Assembly (NCBI RefSeq): GCF_001194135.2
Contig: NC_068981.1
Span: 44,366,455-44,402,980 of the forward strand
Direction: 5' to 3'
Source of the DNA: Octopus bimaculoides
Lineage: Eukaryota
Length of the DNA: 36,526 nucleotides
A program made the position numbers and the translations under genes. The notes beneath the pieces were generated by a model that saw nothing but the letters and a program-made list of their open reading frames with translations, did no database searches and was not told where the DNA came from. Of the stretch, positions 23,203 to 36,526 are shown piece by piece. How positions within the stretch are numbered: the first letter of the stretch is position 1; each line of letters starts with the position of its first letter.

Positions 23203-23420
23203 GTCGACGAGCTGGCAGGAACGTTAGCACGCCGGGCGAAATGCTTAGCGTTATTTCGTGTGTCATTACGTTTTGAGTTCAAATTTTGCTGGGGTCGACT
23301 TTGCCTTTCATCCTTTCGGGTTCGATAAATTAAGTACCAATTGCGTACTGGGTTCGATCTAATCGACTGGCCCCCTCCAGAAAAATTTCGGGCCGTGTGC
23401 CTTGGGTAGAAAAGAATATA
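23203..23420 (+). mobile_element. Full-length tRNA-derived SINE, tail type 2
   Basis: gagctggcaggaacgttagcacgccgggcgaaatgcttagc...gagttcaaatt...gtcgactttgcctttcatcctttcggg..gataaattaagtacca...aatttcgggccgtgtgccttgggtagaaaagaata. Confidence 0.95.
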
Positions 23421-23910
23421 ATAGAGTTCACTTTTCCTGCTTGTTATGAACTCTGGATGTAATAAAACATAGCTAGTAATTAATTGTAAATATATTCTTC
23501 AATATTCCATTTTCATTGGTATTAGATATTTGCCCCACCACATTTTACTTATTGCTTTTGACATATGTCTAACGTCAGCGAACACGATACAGTGTTGTCA
23601 CGAATGATGCTTATGCAGATACAACACCGACTTTCCGGTCATTGATAACCAAGAACCTAATATAATCTGCACTAGTTTGCACTAATGTTCAGGTACCTGT
23701 ATTTCATTTAATTAATTTTGTTATATTTAATATTTACTTGAGAGTAATTTGACCAAGGCGACAATACTTTCTTCAGACAATTCAGTAATCTAGAAAGGCA
23801 TTGAAGTCAAACGTTCCGCAAATTCGATGCCATACGAGTACACACGAACTCATGCAAGTACACGTGCATACACACGCACACACACGAGTGTATTCATGTG
23901 TATAGAAATC

Positions 23911-23959
23911 TTATCAGTACAACTTTATCAGTACAACTTTATACAATTTTATCATTACA
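23911..23959. repeat. Short degenerate ~15-bp tandem repeat (ttatcagtacaactt)
   Basis: Two near-exact units plus decayed ones. Confidence 0.7.
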
Positions 23960-26900
23960 ACTATACTTGTAGTTGAAACTCCTGAAGCTGCAGTTTACGT
24001 AGGGGAAATTTCTTTATAGATGCATTTTGCTAAAGAGGGCAATATACTTCAGAGCTAGGTGAAAAGAGATCGCTTCAGAAGTGACCACGAGTGCGTTATG
24101 AACGCATTTCTCTGTTGTTACGACTTATTAATGTCGCCTAAATGTGTTACGTCGAAAAGAAATCAAATCAGTTAGCCTGAAGTTTATATAAATAGTGTAT
24201 AAAGCATGCACTAGTTTGTTGCAAAGAAATAACCGTTTTGTCATTACACTTATCACACAAATACCACGCCATAAACATAGGAACGTACGCGCACATGCAG
24301 GCACACGCATATGTTCGTTAATGCTCTCAGAATCAGTTAAACTACAACAAAAACGCATCTGTAGACACTCGTATACACACACCAGAGAGCATGAATTTGC
24401 ACTCTCTTTTTATCTCACAAGCTCATTTTCTCCTCACCTCATGTCTGTCACACCTATGCACCCTCGATCACACCGATGCAAGGCACATAGATGTAGAGAA
24501 AGGTAAAATAATAAACATGTGGACAAACCAGAAGCTGATCTGATGTAGACACTGCATGTCATTGAAGAGGCTGCGAATGACTCCGACAAGAATAACTGAT
24601 TGATCGATTAACTGAATGATTAATCAAACTCTCTATTATTTAAGAAGTTAAATAATTAACCAACTGAATAATAAAAAGTGAAATAGAACCAGTGTTTGCG
24701 TTTACTATTAGCATAATGGCACAAAAGAAAGTAAAAACAATATTTTATATAATAATGAATAATTATTGATGTACTAACCGTCAGACGAGGAAGCTGTAAT
24801 TTGTTGCTTTTACTACCATCATGTGAGCGACTGAATTTATTTTAAGGTCATATTCTCGGGGGTTGCGGGAGAGCTGTCATATAAATTAGCTTGACTTTCT
24901 CGGTCCCTGTCTCTGTCTCACACACACTTACAGATACATACAGACCCACATACGCATGCATTAAGTATGTTTACGTATGGTGATGAATCGGAAGTTTAAG
25001 AGCATCAGTTATTTGCATAGTTTGATAACGCGAGTCACACCGGCTTGCATCATAATTGAAAAAAATCCCTTTTTATATATGATCTTTTAAACTTTTGCAC
25101 ATACTCTGTAAATCTAGAAGAGATATTGACGAAAGAGCAATTCATGTATTACGGCTTCCACATATGTTTCTACGGGTATTCTCTAATCATAGTGTATTGG
25201 ACAACCCAAAGCTAGCTTAGAGATGACTTATTCACTTTTTAAGTGTAATTACACTTTTATGATGCGCGCACACACGCCCGCACACACACTCGCACGCATA
25301 CAACACATTACTGTATTACAGCATATATATCAATATATAATCTCTATTGCTTCTCATGCTACATTACAGCGTCTACATCATACCCCTATTACATGCCAGT
25401 CATTACATCCCTGTATCGCACAAATCAACTATCTAAATAATGCAACTTTTTTCATTGTCGCCTTCAAAAGGAAATAATCCCATACCTCATTACTTTTCTA
25501 CATGCTCTATAGCTTACAACAGGATTCAGCACATAGATTTAAGAAAATTCACTTGAACTCTGTTTCAAGTTTGAAAACAAATAAAATGTGTGGGTAGGGA
25601 GAATCAAATCTATATCTATGTATAAATTGTAGATACACTAACTGGAATTCTAGAAAGCTGACATATCAAATGGGAACGAATAAAAGCATTCTTCTGCAGG
25701 ATAACTGCATGTGGGAATTCTGGACAGAAAGATTAATATCGTGGTGAGTTGAGAAAATTACAGGGCTAATAACTAATGATTTCGCAACTCTCATCCAGAA
25801 TGTAAGGTTAGTCAAGAACAGCATCTTCACTATGAATAAAAATGCATACTTTATAAATGGAATTAATAGAGGAAAGGTGATTAAATGAATAATAAGTTGA
25901 ATAGTAACATTTTCCGCTACGTCCTGTAAAATAACATCTACTTCCTCTCGTTTTTCCTATCATACTGTACGAGCCGTTCTACAATAAAATGAACAATTCA
26001 CGTCGTACGTGAATCTCTATGCATAAGAATTACTCCATGGATGTATTGATACACGAACGATTTTATAACGAAATTTTACGAACACGTTTATGTACCTTGC
26101 TCTTTCTAATACCTATTGTTTACTTACGATATAAATATGCTTTTGAACTTTATAAAGCACGAGCTGTTACTTTATATTATTCTGAAATGAAATGTTCCTT
26201 TTTATATCATATCCAGTAACAATTATCCAGCTTCCTACATCAGGTGGTTCTACAAGTAACATGTGGAACAAAGTAGAAATGAATCTATGTGCATATTCAA
26301 ATATATCTTATAAGTATTTTATGTCTTCTTTACTAAATCACAGGCATTTATTTTCAACGAAATGTCTATATCCCTACGCCAACAAATTCACCGAGGCAAG
26401 GGTGCTTCCCTAAATTCAACATGGTAGATGTGTCCTTCAGGTTATTCAGTTAAATAATCCTCTGAGTGCGAATTAGTATCATACATGGGGCACAGATGTA
26501 GTCCCTCTGCTTTTAATATATATGATTTTGATATTAATCCGCTAAATTGGTTATTATTGTGTCGATTTCTGTGGCAACAGAAAAGTGAGAAATCTTGATA
26601 GTTTGACTTTCATAAATTCTATATATAATATTATTTCAAAAGCGTATTCAGTAATGTGCATTAATTTAATGATACATATGAAAAGGAAATGGTGTGTAGA
26701 GAATTCGAACTACGTATTCTTGTATATAATGATATATATATCTTTAAATCGTAATGTGTTATAAGATGAATTCACCTACGCAAATATATGATGTTTAATG
26801 GTATTTAATTAAAAGTTTTGCAACCTATGTAATAATTCTCAGAATCTATACGTTGAGTTGAAAGATAATAGCTTCAATATCCCCATTTAATAATATATAA

Positions 26901-28825
26901 AACAATGTAAAACGTTATATACCAGATTTAATAGTGTAATTCTGCAGAGAAATTATGCTAATATTATTTAACCTAACGCATTCTAAGTTAATTATTTAAG
27001 GGCAATAACCGAATTTAGTTTAGAGAATTCCTACAAATAAGTAAAACAATAATCTGTCTTTGGTGTTCGAGTATATATTGACTTGTGTTTGGAGGAGTTT
27101 TATTTATCTCTTTTAGTGTGTTTATGATACCCTCGGTTACCGTTTTGTCTTTAGGTGTTTTAATATCATAAAATGGATCCTTTTCCCTGTAGCGACAGTT
27201 TAACTATAACTCATTAGAATAACATAAAGTTTAAATTCCGTCGAATACTTTGGCCATGAGTGCGATCTACATTTTCAAACCTCTGTATACATTCTAACGC
27301 CACGTATGATACACGTAAATTGCATATTTTAAAATGAACCAATGAGACGAAATTCAGTTGGGGATGTATGCTATTTTCCTTTGTCTTTATTGTTCCTGCT
27401 GGTAGATATAATGGGTTAAAACTAAGCATATGTGCAGCCTTTACGTCTACACTTAGCATTCATGGTTGCATCACAATCTATTATTTTAAGTAAATGGGTT
27501 TATTGCTTTCGCTGTTGATTTTGTGCATATTTCATATATGTGTATCTGGTCTACGTGTGAGAGATAGACATTTTTCAATAGAGTCGAAACGTTGTGGGAA
27601 ATTACGTGCGTGACAGTTGTTTACCGATTAACGTCCAAGTAAGCCAGAAACGGTGAGGCGTCTTTATTGCATAATTTTTGATAGTTGTAATCTATATTTG
27701 TTGCTACAATCAACAGTAATTTTCAATTTATGGACAGATTTGCTGTTTATTTCATTGGTGCGTAAACTTTGTGCTAATGTACCATATGCAACTGTAGTAA
27801 AAAGTTTTCTACGCATTTACAACGATAGCCATTATGATTAGGTATGCAGAAACCCAATATTAATGCATCAAGAACCGATAAAATCCTGTACAACTCCACA
27901 GCGTAGCATTAAATCATTATATTTAATAGCATGAAATAAAGAAAAACGCAGTATTCATGAAATATCAGTTTTCTAAAGATTACATTTCCACCTAGGAATT
28001 TCCCTTAGCTAAATCACGGGACAGCATAATGCAACGAAGCCATGAATATAACGATTATATGTAAAACCTACAATCAATAAATGGCCCCGCTAATGACACA
28101 GACGCGGTAATGTGACACCAAAACCATGACTATGCGAAGTGGGCTCAGATAGGTGAATTTGCTTCAAGTCATACTACATATGATATTTAAATGACAACCA
28201 AATTTATTTTACTGACCGTAACTTGATTTCTTACTTTGTAAGCAGTTATTTTTTCTTTAAAATCTGCAATGCAAAGGGTCATATGAATATCGCCTAAACA
28301 CATCACGTATGTTATAGCTTAACTCCCATATTCTGTGTGATTTATTCCCTACTTAAAAGAGAATTCCTAGAATATTCTCAATTTGTTTTCATTATTTTTC
28401 TACATTTTTTCTATCTGTGTATCGACATTCGCAATTTATTTTTTTTTCAATTTTTATATTTTCATATAATTCATGGTCTTTTCCAGCTCATTCCTTTAAT
28501 ATCATTATTCCTCTCTTTAACTTCTTGAATAATTATTCAAGAAATAATGTTCATTTATATACTCATATATTTGGATATGTATCCTTTATATTTTATTACT
28601 TTTTCTCCCATTTGCTATTCCCTCAGTAAATACTTAATTCGTCTTTGCCTTTCAAACATTCTATAAATTTTCATTTTGTTTAGCTCTTTGTTGGCGTATC
28701 ATGGCAAATCGGATTTTTTCTATTATTTCAGCATTTTATATTCCTTTTTAACTTCATACATATCCTTGACTTATCCATTTATCCATTATCATCTCATTTA
28801 TAATATATAGATTTGTGTGTAGGTG

Positions 28826-28895
28826 GGTTTGTCTTAGTGCGTGTGAGTGTATGTGAGTGTTCAATACACACACACACACACACAAACACACACAT

Positions 28896-28929
<34 letters not shown>

Positions 28930-29101
28930 GTATATATAGTATTTTAATTTCCAATGTTAGGGAGTCCCTTCCCATCAATCTTTACAATCACCTCAGCAGT
29001 TACTTTATTAGCTAGAGATGTGTGCGTGTGTGTATGTGTGTGTGTGTGTGTGTGCGTGTGTGTGTGTGTGTGTGTGTATGTGTGTGAATGTGCTCGCGCA
29101 C
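28826..29101. repeat. Two opposed CA/TA and TG microsatellite tracts (28826-28940, 29018-29101)
   Basis: Seen directly. Confidence 0.9.
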
Positions 29102-29859
29102 GTGTTTCAATTCCTTTATATTCAGAATATACATTTTTTTGGACAACAAATAACCACATATAGAATTAAGGTTCACCTTATAAATACTGGAACTCACACA
29201 TGTAGCGGTACAAACATATTGATCATGGTGAGTCATATATAACAATTTCAGGATGAAATTTTTTTCTGTGAATTTATGTATATGCCGTGTGGCGTGTATA
29301 TTTAAGGGTAGGTTTTTAACATAAAAAAAAAACATTATTTTCAAACATCTATCACTAAGTGCAAAATAATGCATTTTCAAGTAACAATACTTTCACTAAA
29401 ACAAATACGAATATATTGTTTCATTACTATGAAGATGTTACAAAATATACTTTCAGTTATATTCTTTAGGCTACTCAAGATGAATTAGGAATGTAGCCAT
29501 TTAATCATTATATTATACGGTTCCGAAAAAATAGAAATAAATGTAAAATACTGTAATTTGGAAGCTCTATTAATATCAACAACAATAATCTTCAATGCTT
29601 ACTGAGCAGTAAAATGGTATTGAAATAGGTTTAAACATTGCTGTATCACGTAGACTGTTATATAATTACAAATATAAATTGCTACTTATTCAGTATTTTA
29701 TATAACTTTCTTCTTGTATGGTTTCACTTCGGGTGAGGATCAAGAATAAAGATTATATTTGTCACAATAGTTAATAAATATCTCTCCGACAATTACGGAA
29801 ATGATTTTACCACAAAATATATTGATATGAAATTAAACACGCACGTGCGCATAAACAGA

Positions 29860-30107
29860 CATATATACATACATACATGCATATATACATAATTATTTAT
29901 ATGCGTGTGNNNNNNNNNNNNNNNNNNNNNNNNNNNNNNNNNNNNNNNNNNNNNNNNNNNNNNNNNNNNNNNNNNNNNNNNNNNNNNNNNNNNNNNNNNN
30001 NNNNNNNNNNNNNNNNNNNNNNNNNNNNNNNNNNNNNNNNNNNNNNNNNNNNNNNNNNNNNNNNNNNNNNNNNNNNNNNNNNNNNNNNNNNNNNNNNNNN
30101 NNNNNNN

Positions 30108-30143
<36 letters not shown>

Positions 30144-30291
30144 GCATCTATACTCACACATATATATTAAATAGGTATATAGCAGTATATATTACATACA
30201 TACATGCATATATACATAATTATTTATATGCGTGTGCATGTGTGTATGTTTGTCTGTGTTTGCATGTGTATGTGTTTGTGTGTGGGTGTGT
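29860..30291. repeat. Simple-repeat region around gap 29910-30107, with a 44-bp direct duplicate (29866-29909, 30193-30236)
   Basis: Seen directly. Confidence 0.85.
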
Positions 30292-30771
30292 GACACTTAG
30301 AACAAATAACCTCCACGCTTTTAGTAGAGTCTTCAGAGCCACAATACGCCTGTGCTGGTATTTATTCGTACACTAAAAGAAACGTATATTCAATCTTAAA
30401 TAAGAGTAGCTGGAATCTGTTACTCATGGATCTGAAATTGTCCAAGCATACTGCATCTGTGAATGTATAAATGCTTCACCATTTCTCTTATATATTGGTG
30501 TGTCTTAGCATAATGTGTAGCTTAATAAATTTGACAGTCGGAGTATGGCAATGTAATTTTCCATAATTACTAGACGCTGTTCCTCCGCACGGGAGAGATT
30601 CCGGATCATAGAGGCGCCTACACATTTTGTGGTCACGTTATATTTTAATATGTAGACATATCAGCCTGAGCCTATTGTAGAAGACATTTTCCCAAGGTAA
30701 CGCGCGTCGAGACTTAATCCGGATCCATGTAGTTGAGAAGAAAATTTCTACACTACACATTCACTTCCGCA

Positions 30772-30772
30772 C

Positions 30773-30841
<69 letters not shown>

Positions 30842-31205
30842 NNNNNNNNNNNNNNNNNNNNNNNNNNNNNNNNNNNNNNNNNNNNNNNNNNNNNNNNNNN
30901 NNNNNNNNNNNNNNNNNNNNNNNNNNNNNNNNNNNNNNNNNNNNNNNNNNNNNNNNNNNNNNNNNNNNNNNNNNNNNNNNNNNNNNNNNNNNNNNNNNNN
31001 NNNNNNNNNNNNNNNNNNNNNNNNNNNNNNNNNNNNNNNNNNNNNNNNNNNNNNNNNNNNNNNNNNNNNNNNNNNNNNNNNNNNNNNNNNNNNNNNNNNN
31101 NNNNNNNNNNNNNNNNNNNNNNNNNNNATATGTATATATCTATAAACACACACGCATAAGCACAAATACAAACACACGCACGCACATATATATGTATATG
31201 CATGT
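30772..31205. repeat. (CA)n and TA/CA repeats around gap 30842-31127
   Basis: Seen directly. Confidence 0.9.
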
Positions 31206-32455
31206 GCTAAGGCTGCCATTGGTTTTAAGCTCAGAAAAGTATCTTAATATCATAATTTTTCCGAGGCGATCACATAGAGAGGTGTCGTTCGTCTACATTT
31301 GGGATAAAAACATGAAAAATCTCGGGAATTCATAAAAATGTTTCGTTCCAGAGTAAGAAACACAGACTACCTGGTGTTATTCAGGTACAAAAATAAAAGG
31401 GTTGTGACATCCCCATCCAATAACATATGCACATTGAAAAAAGGATGTGTAAACAACCCCGCACCCAAATAACATGGAGTATTATTGTTAAAGCTAGAAA
31501 ATACAGGGTACGGGTACCAAATGTGAGCTAAATATCATCCAGTCAATAGTAAGCATCGTACAAATTGAGAAACCTTCTCTTCCTGTATATACAAGTAATA
31601 TTTTAAATTCCAACATTTCAAAAAGGAACCACCACCTATTCCGCCAATCCCACCTGAATAATCTCTTTCTTGAATGTGAACATCGAATATATATTCAACA
31701 TACGGATTCTACACATAAAAGTCACATTCCCACGGATGAACTCCATGTGCACAACAATATACGAACATCACATAGAACAAGAATATATTAAATATTATGT
31801 TATAATGCAATATAATGTAACATGATACAGTACAAAGAAATTCAGCATCCAACATGGTCCAACACGTTTTTTCCCCCCAAAATCAAACTCAATGGAGATT
31901 ATCATTCAAAAGGTGTCATCCAAGTGCAGCGTCCCATGATTTCTTGCTTTTTTACGAATCATTTTTGTGAATTCTCGAGGTTTTTCATGTGTTCTTCCAA
32001 CATGGAGGCGATCACCATCCCTCTATGTAATGAAAAGTCAAATGAGATTAAGATATCTTTGTTAACATAAAACCAGCAATAGTCTTGATACAGAAATGAA
32101 ATGAAAAAAATATCCACCAATGCGGTGTTGTGCACTCATTCTCATTATTCGACATATATGTATGTATAATATACATATATTATATATACATGTGTGTAGT
32201 TAAATAAATGCGTGCACAAACACAAATATACACACACACGCTAACACACATATAGACAAATAACGATGAAAATATATAAGAGCCTGCTCCTTGAAGTGAA
32301 AGACAATGGTTGGAGTATATATAAATTTTGTTGTTAATATGTTAGATCGCATTTAGTTTCACAATTCAGTTGTGTAATCTAATAAGATATAATCATTTCC
32401 CTTTAATCCTTGGGAAATCATCGGCCACTTTCCTATCGTTAGTAAATATTGAGAA

Positions 32456-32508
32456 TACACACACACCCACACACACACACACACACACACATACACATAC
32501 ACACACAG

Positions 32509-32547
<39 letters not shown>

Positions 32548-32605
32548 NNNNNNNNNNATTGTATGTGTATGTGTGTGTATGTATGTATGTGTTTGTGCGT
32601 GCGTG

Positions 32606-32639
<34 letters not shown>

Positions 32640-32676
32640 TTGTCTGTATGTCCGTATGTATGCGTGTATGTATGTA
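32456..32676. repeat. Compound (CA)n(TA)n/(TG)/(TCTA)n microsatellite with 10-N gap
   Basis: Seen directly. Confidence 0.9.
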
Positions 32677-34189
32677 TGCATCTTTAGGTGTATTACCTCT
32701 ATATTTTACAAATTTAAAATTGACATTATGAGACAGGGAAGTGTGGAATTTGAACAATAATGCAACACACTTATTTAATTGAAACCTTAAGCAAGTCCCC
32801 TGAATATTTGGTTCGTTTAACGACTGGAAAAAGGTTAGGCTTAAGTAATTGAATCTTCCAATTTCAAATATAATAAATATTACGTAATATCTTTAGAAAC
32901 TGATAATCGGAGTCAATATATAAACACTGTCCGCATACATGTACACTTGCTTATGCACACAACGTTTCATATACGTAGACAGACACACTCATAGCACACT
33001 CAGGGCGCAGGCGCACCTTCCCTCCTAGATTTATGCACACTAATACATGCACTTCTATGTTGTTTTGCACAAACAAAATCCGAATAAAATTTATGTTGGA
33101 AATGTGGAAAACCATTCTTAAAAATAAACGTTGTATTCTCTGTTCTTGCTCGATAGCAGTGCATCAACAATTTGTTTAGTACTGTCACCCGTAATAGTAA
33201 AACAGCTGGCCACGTAAAAAGCATATTTCAATGTAGGGGACACAAGTCAGCAACATCAAAATATGTGCAATTTTATATAAAGCACACTCTTTTCAGCACA
33301 AAAGAACATCTGTAAGCTTGATTTGAAAGGGAAATTATAAATAATCCTTTTTTCTAATATAATTTTAAATAATATAAATCCACTAACTTCGATTTAAGCA
33401 TAGCAAAGGAAAAATTTAAATAAGACCTCCATGTCCATGCCCAGACGTTAACCAATAACGAAGGCTACTGAAAACTCACAATATTATTCTGTTACTTTCT
33501 ATCAAACTGATTTGTACAGTCGAAAGAAAAGCAGACCACCGAATTTGCGGATTTAGAATTTCTCAGTCACTGATACTGTACAGACTTTGCTCTCACGTCA
33601 AATTAGTACCTGCGATATGCGGAGGTGTACCGGTCCTATAATGCAGAAATATTGCTACTAACACATGAAAACTAATTTCTTATGATTCCTTCAGTGCACA
33701 CTGAATTTAATTACATCCTTTAATATCAGTAAGAACTACTACAACAAATGCAAGTGAGGTAAAAAAGAAAGATTAAAAGAAACAGTTCCAAATTGAATTA
33801 TGCAGTTTGGCAAGACCTGTTCAAGTGAAGGAAATAACAGCACAAAAAGTAGAACGTGCTAAACAAAACTGCCAACGTAGATTTGCAAGAATTGAAGCCC
33901 AAGACTATTGAAATATAAAAACTTATAGCAACTTGAAATAGTGAAAAAAGTAATACATTCATTATCGAAGATAAAAATTAATAAATTAGGAAAATATATT
34001 ATGTTCTTCAAAGTAATTACAGTTTACCTTAGATGCAATATTCAACTGAATGAATGAATTACTGTTGCATAAAAAGGAGCAATCGCTTTCCATTGCATAG
34101 TAGAGTCTTGCCTAAAATGCATGCATTAAATGTTAAGAGTCAGAAACCTAACAACACTCTCTAAATATTTGATTACATCTTTAAGAAAT

Positions 34190-34960
34190 AATTACTTGGC
34201 AGATACAGTACGCAATCATCTGATAAATCCTAACAAATTTTAGAGAAAACTCATGAAAGTGGCAAAGGTTCCACCACAGATATCTGGTCAGGATAACAAA
34301 ACTATACAACTATCCACTTCTTACCAAACTTCGAAAGATGAGTAAACATCTATTCTTGACCATTAGTATGATCCTACTTCATATAAAAAGGAAAAGAATG
34401 TCTTGCATTAACGCCTGCCAAGTAATGGTATTTCAACTGGATAATATTTACATCAATTGCATGGTACACAAAGGAAGCCTCCTTATTGTAGCAGGATCTC
34501 ATGAAATATATATCTATGGGCTGACATGCCATATAGGGAGCAGAAGTGAAATGTGACCTGGTATTTCACTGGAATGACCTGCCTAGTATCTTCATTTCAG
34601 TTCCGCTCAAAAGTGCAAGGGTATAGAATGAAATCATTCTAAAGTCAACCTGTATTCAACAAAATGATGATTGATGATTTCAGCAGGTTCCACAGGCGCT
34701 GTACTACAACTATTATGTAACAACTAGAGCGGGCTATCACATGGAACTGCAAATGGTTGAATAATATCAAAATCGTATGTTTCATACTTTGAATGAAAAT
34801 CTACCTATGCGGCGGTGTGATCCTTGATCACGAAATGAAAATCTCCTCAAAGAAACTGGATGTATCACTAGTAGTACAGGACAAAAACTCAGTAGTGGGA
34901 CTCTACGCATACTGGTTTAGTCTATGTATATATATATATGGAAAGTACGTGTTCCCAAAC
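34190..34960 (+). mobile_element. Degenerate reverse-transcriptase relic of an RLE-type non-LTR element (Hero/NeSL-like)
   Basis: One frame with three internal stops: MTCLVSSFQFRSKVQGYRMKSF*SQPVFNKMMIDDFSRFHRRCTTTIM*QLERAITWNCKWLNNIKIVCFIL*MKIYLCGGVILDHEMKISSKKLDVSLVVQDKNSVVGLYAYWF. Resembles G..+.SG...PP.+AFMDD+T....L..L...+.W..M.F...K....G.V....I....LG.W. Upstream LADTVRNHLI...KVPPQI resembles LANA.GSVPH.LI...VP..I. Confidence 0.5.
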
Positions 34961-35398
34961 AACCAAATCAACAAATGTATAATATGGAAAAGAAAAACTT
35001 GAATTACGAAATTTCTGGAGACGTTACAAGTATAGAAGAGCTTTATATTTATTACTAAACAAGAGAGACGAACTGATCACAGTTCTGAAAGAGGATGAAG
35101 GGTGACTCTTAAACATGTAGCCATGTTGCAACTTTCGAACACATTATTTCATCCTCCAGAAATTTAGACTGAGAGAAATTAGATGGCAACTGAGGTAATG
35201 GAATTTGGTGGATGTCTTAAATATAGTGACTCTGTGGGATTCACAAAAATTCGACAACTCCGAATTTAGGCAACTCCATGCAATGGGTTAGGGATGTTAG
35301 AAAGCTAAAGAATGAAGACGTATGCAGTTGCTATGTGGATATAGTCAAACGCAAACAATATTTACACTATGTCGTATTAGATAAACATTTTCATTGAG

Positions 35399-35484
35399 CG
35401 AAAGAGAGAGAGAAGGGGGTAGAGAAAGTAGGAGAAAGAGAGAGAAAGTGAGAGCGAGCGAGACAAGTGGGAGAGAGAGAGCGA
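35399..35484. repeat. Degenerate (GA)n tract
   Basis: Seen directly. Confidence 0.85.
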
Positions 35485-36162
35485 AAAACTTCATTCTTGG
35501 GAGACGGTAAGAAATTTGTTCTTTCATACGGTACAATATGCTTTCTAATAACACAAGCGAAAAGCGAATGAAAATGCTTTGGCAGATGTCAGTAGATTCT
35601 AACAATAGCTTACAAACTCCCGAACTGCCAACTAGATTTGAAGCACAGATAAATATGAAGGTATAAAAATAATTATAATCAAGCTTAGAATTGAGTTTCA
35701 TGCAATGGAGAGGGGGAGAAAATAATAATAATTCGTGAATGACCATAAATAGCGGAGGATGGAAAAATATTTTCCAAAGAAGGTAAGTGATGATTGTCAC
35801 AAAGAAAACGTTCTAAAAGTAGTGGGCACGATTGAGGTGTCAAATGACACTTTCTCTAGATTTTACTTCCTCATTTTCACCACAAACCATATGAGATCAG
35901 GAGATAAAATTAGTAGAATTGGCAATCTCAAAAATAGGAGAATTTGCATGACAAAAGATAATGTGTGCGGGTTCATTCCACACAGACGTCTTTCTGTGTA
36001 AAGAGATGTCAGAAAGTATTTTGTAACCAGAGCTCACTTACTGCTGATGAATTCTGCAATTACGTGGAAAAAGAAAGAAAACAGTTATATATGTATATAT
36101 ATATATGTGTGTGTGTGTATCTGCTTGCCTCTGTATATATGCATGTATATATATTGGTTTCA

Positions 36163-36251
36163 AACGTCGGCGGAATTTGAACTTAGAACCTAAAGAAGGA
36201 CGAGATGCTGTGAAGTATTTGGTCCAGAGTCCTAACGAGTCTGCAAGCTCA
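36163..36251 (-). mobile_element. Diverged tRNA-derived SINE head
   Basis: Reverse complement gtgagcttgcagactcgttag...ttctaagttcaaattccgccgacgt matches the head of the 23203 family. Confidence 0.75.
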
Positions 36252-36526
36252 CATCATGATATTCACACATTTATATTGATAAACCATCAACATTGCACGA
36301 ATATGTGAGGATTGGCTCTACTGGTAAAGGTCTATGTAACGTGATGCGAACGCTCTGTATTTACATACTTATTACTTTACACCGGAATCGTTTTCTTTGA
36401 GGGAAGATATGCTCTATAGGAGAAAATACTTTATAAGTACATCCACGTATTTCGTGTGACTGTCCAGCTATCTTCCGCTACTCTTGCGCTTGCTCTATAT
36501 GTACATATCCATATATACATAAACAC

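Noticed and set aside
25700-25743. Plus-strand 44-nt exon-like segment (ttctgcag|DNCMWEFWTERLIS|gtgagt)
   Set aside because: Isolated; such signal pairs occur by chance in 36 kb and there is no homology evidence.
29866-30236. 44-bp exact direct repeat on both sides of an N-gap
   Set aside because: Low complexity and gap-adjacent; most likely an uncollapsed assembly overlap or haplotype artefact.
31850-32030. Minus-strand LEEH...CTWMTP resembling an RTE endonuclease end (TWMHP)
   Set aside because: One short motif amid stops; too weak to call.
1-36526. CRISPR arrays, operons, rRNA or true tRNA genes
   Set aside because: No regularly spaced repeat-spacer array or prokaryotic gene organisation. 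The tRNA-like A/B boxes belong to SINE heads and do not form cloverleaves.

Overview
AT-rich eukaryotic (not prokaryotic) DNA with many TA/CA/TACA microsatellites and six N-gaps. The SINE families look like octopus/cephalopod ones (inference from recalled motifs). No host protein-coding gene can be supported, and almost all ORF-track entries are microsatellite or chance ORFs. The window is a retroelement graveyard: a Penelope-type GIY-YIG relic (418-845), a 184-bp-arm fold-back hairpin (5414-5793), R4/Dong-like relics (6376-6640, 8256-8644), an RTE LINE (9100-11150), a Hero/NeSL-like RT relic (34190-34960) and several tRNA-derived SINEs. The most interesting part is 11.8-16.9 kb. It holds three copies of an L1/Tx1-type element: A and B carry a CCHC ORF1 and run to a 3' tail with no recognisable ORF2, and C is a 3' fragment. 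A and C are each followed by the same ~435-bp repeat with a hammerhead-ribozyme-like core, and together form a large inverted pair. The tail of A and B resembles the tail of one SINE subfamily. All family assignments come from manual translation and motif recall, not database searches.
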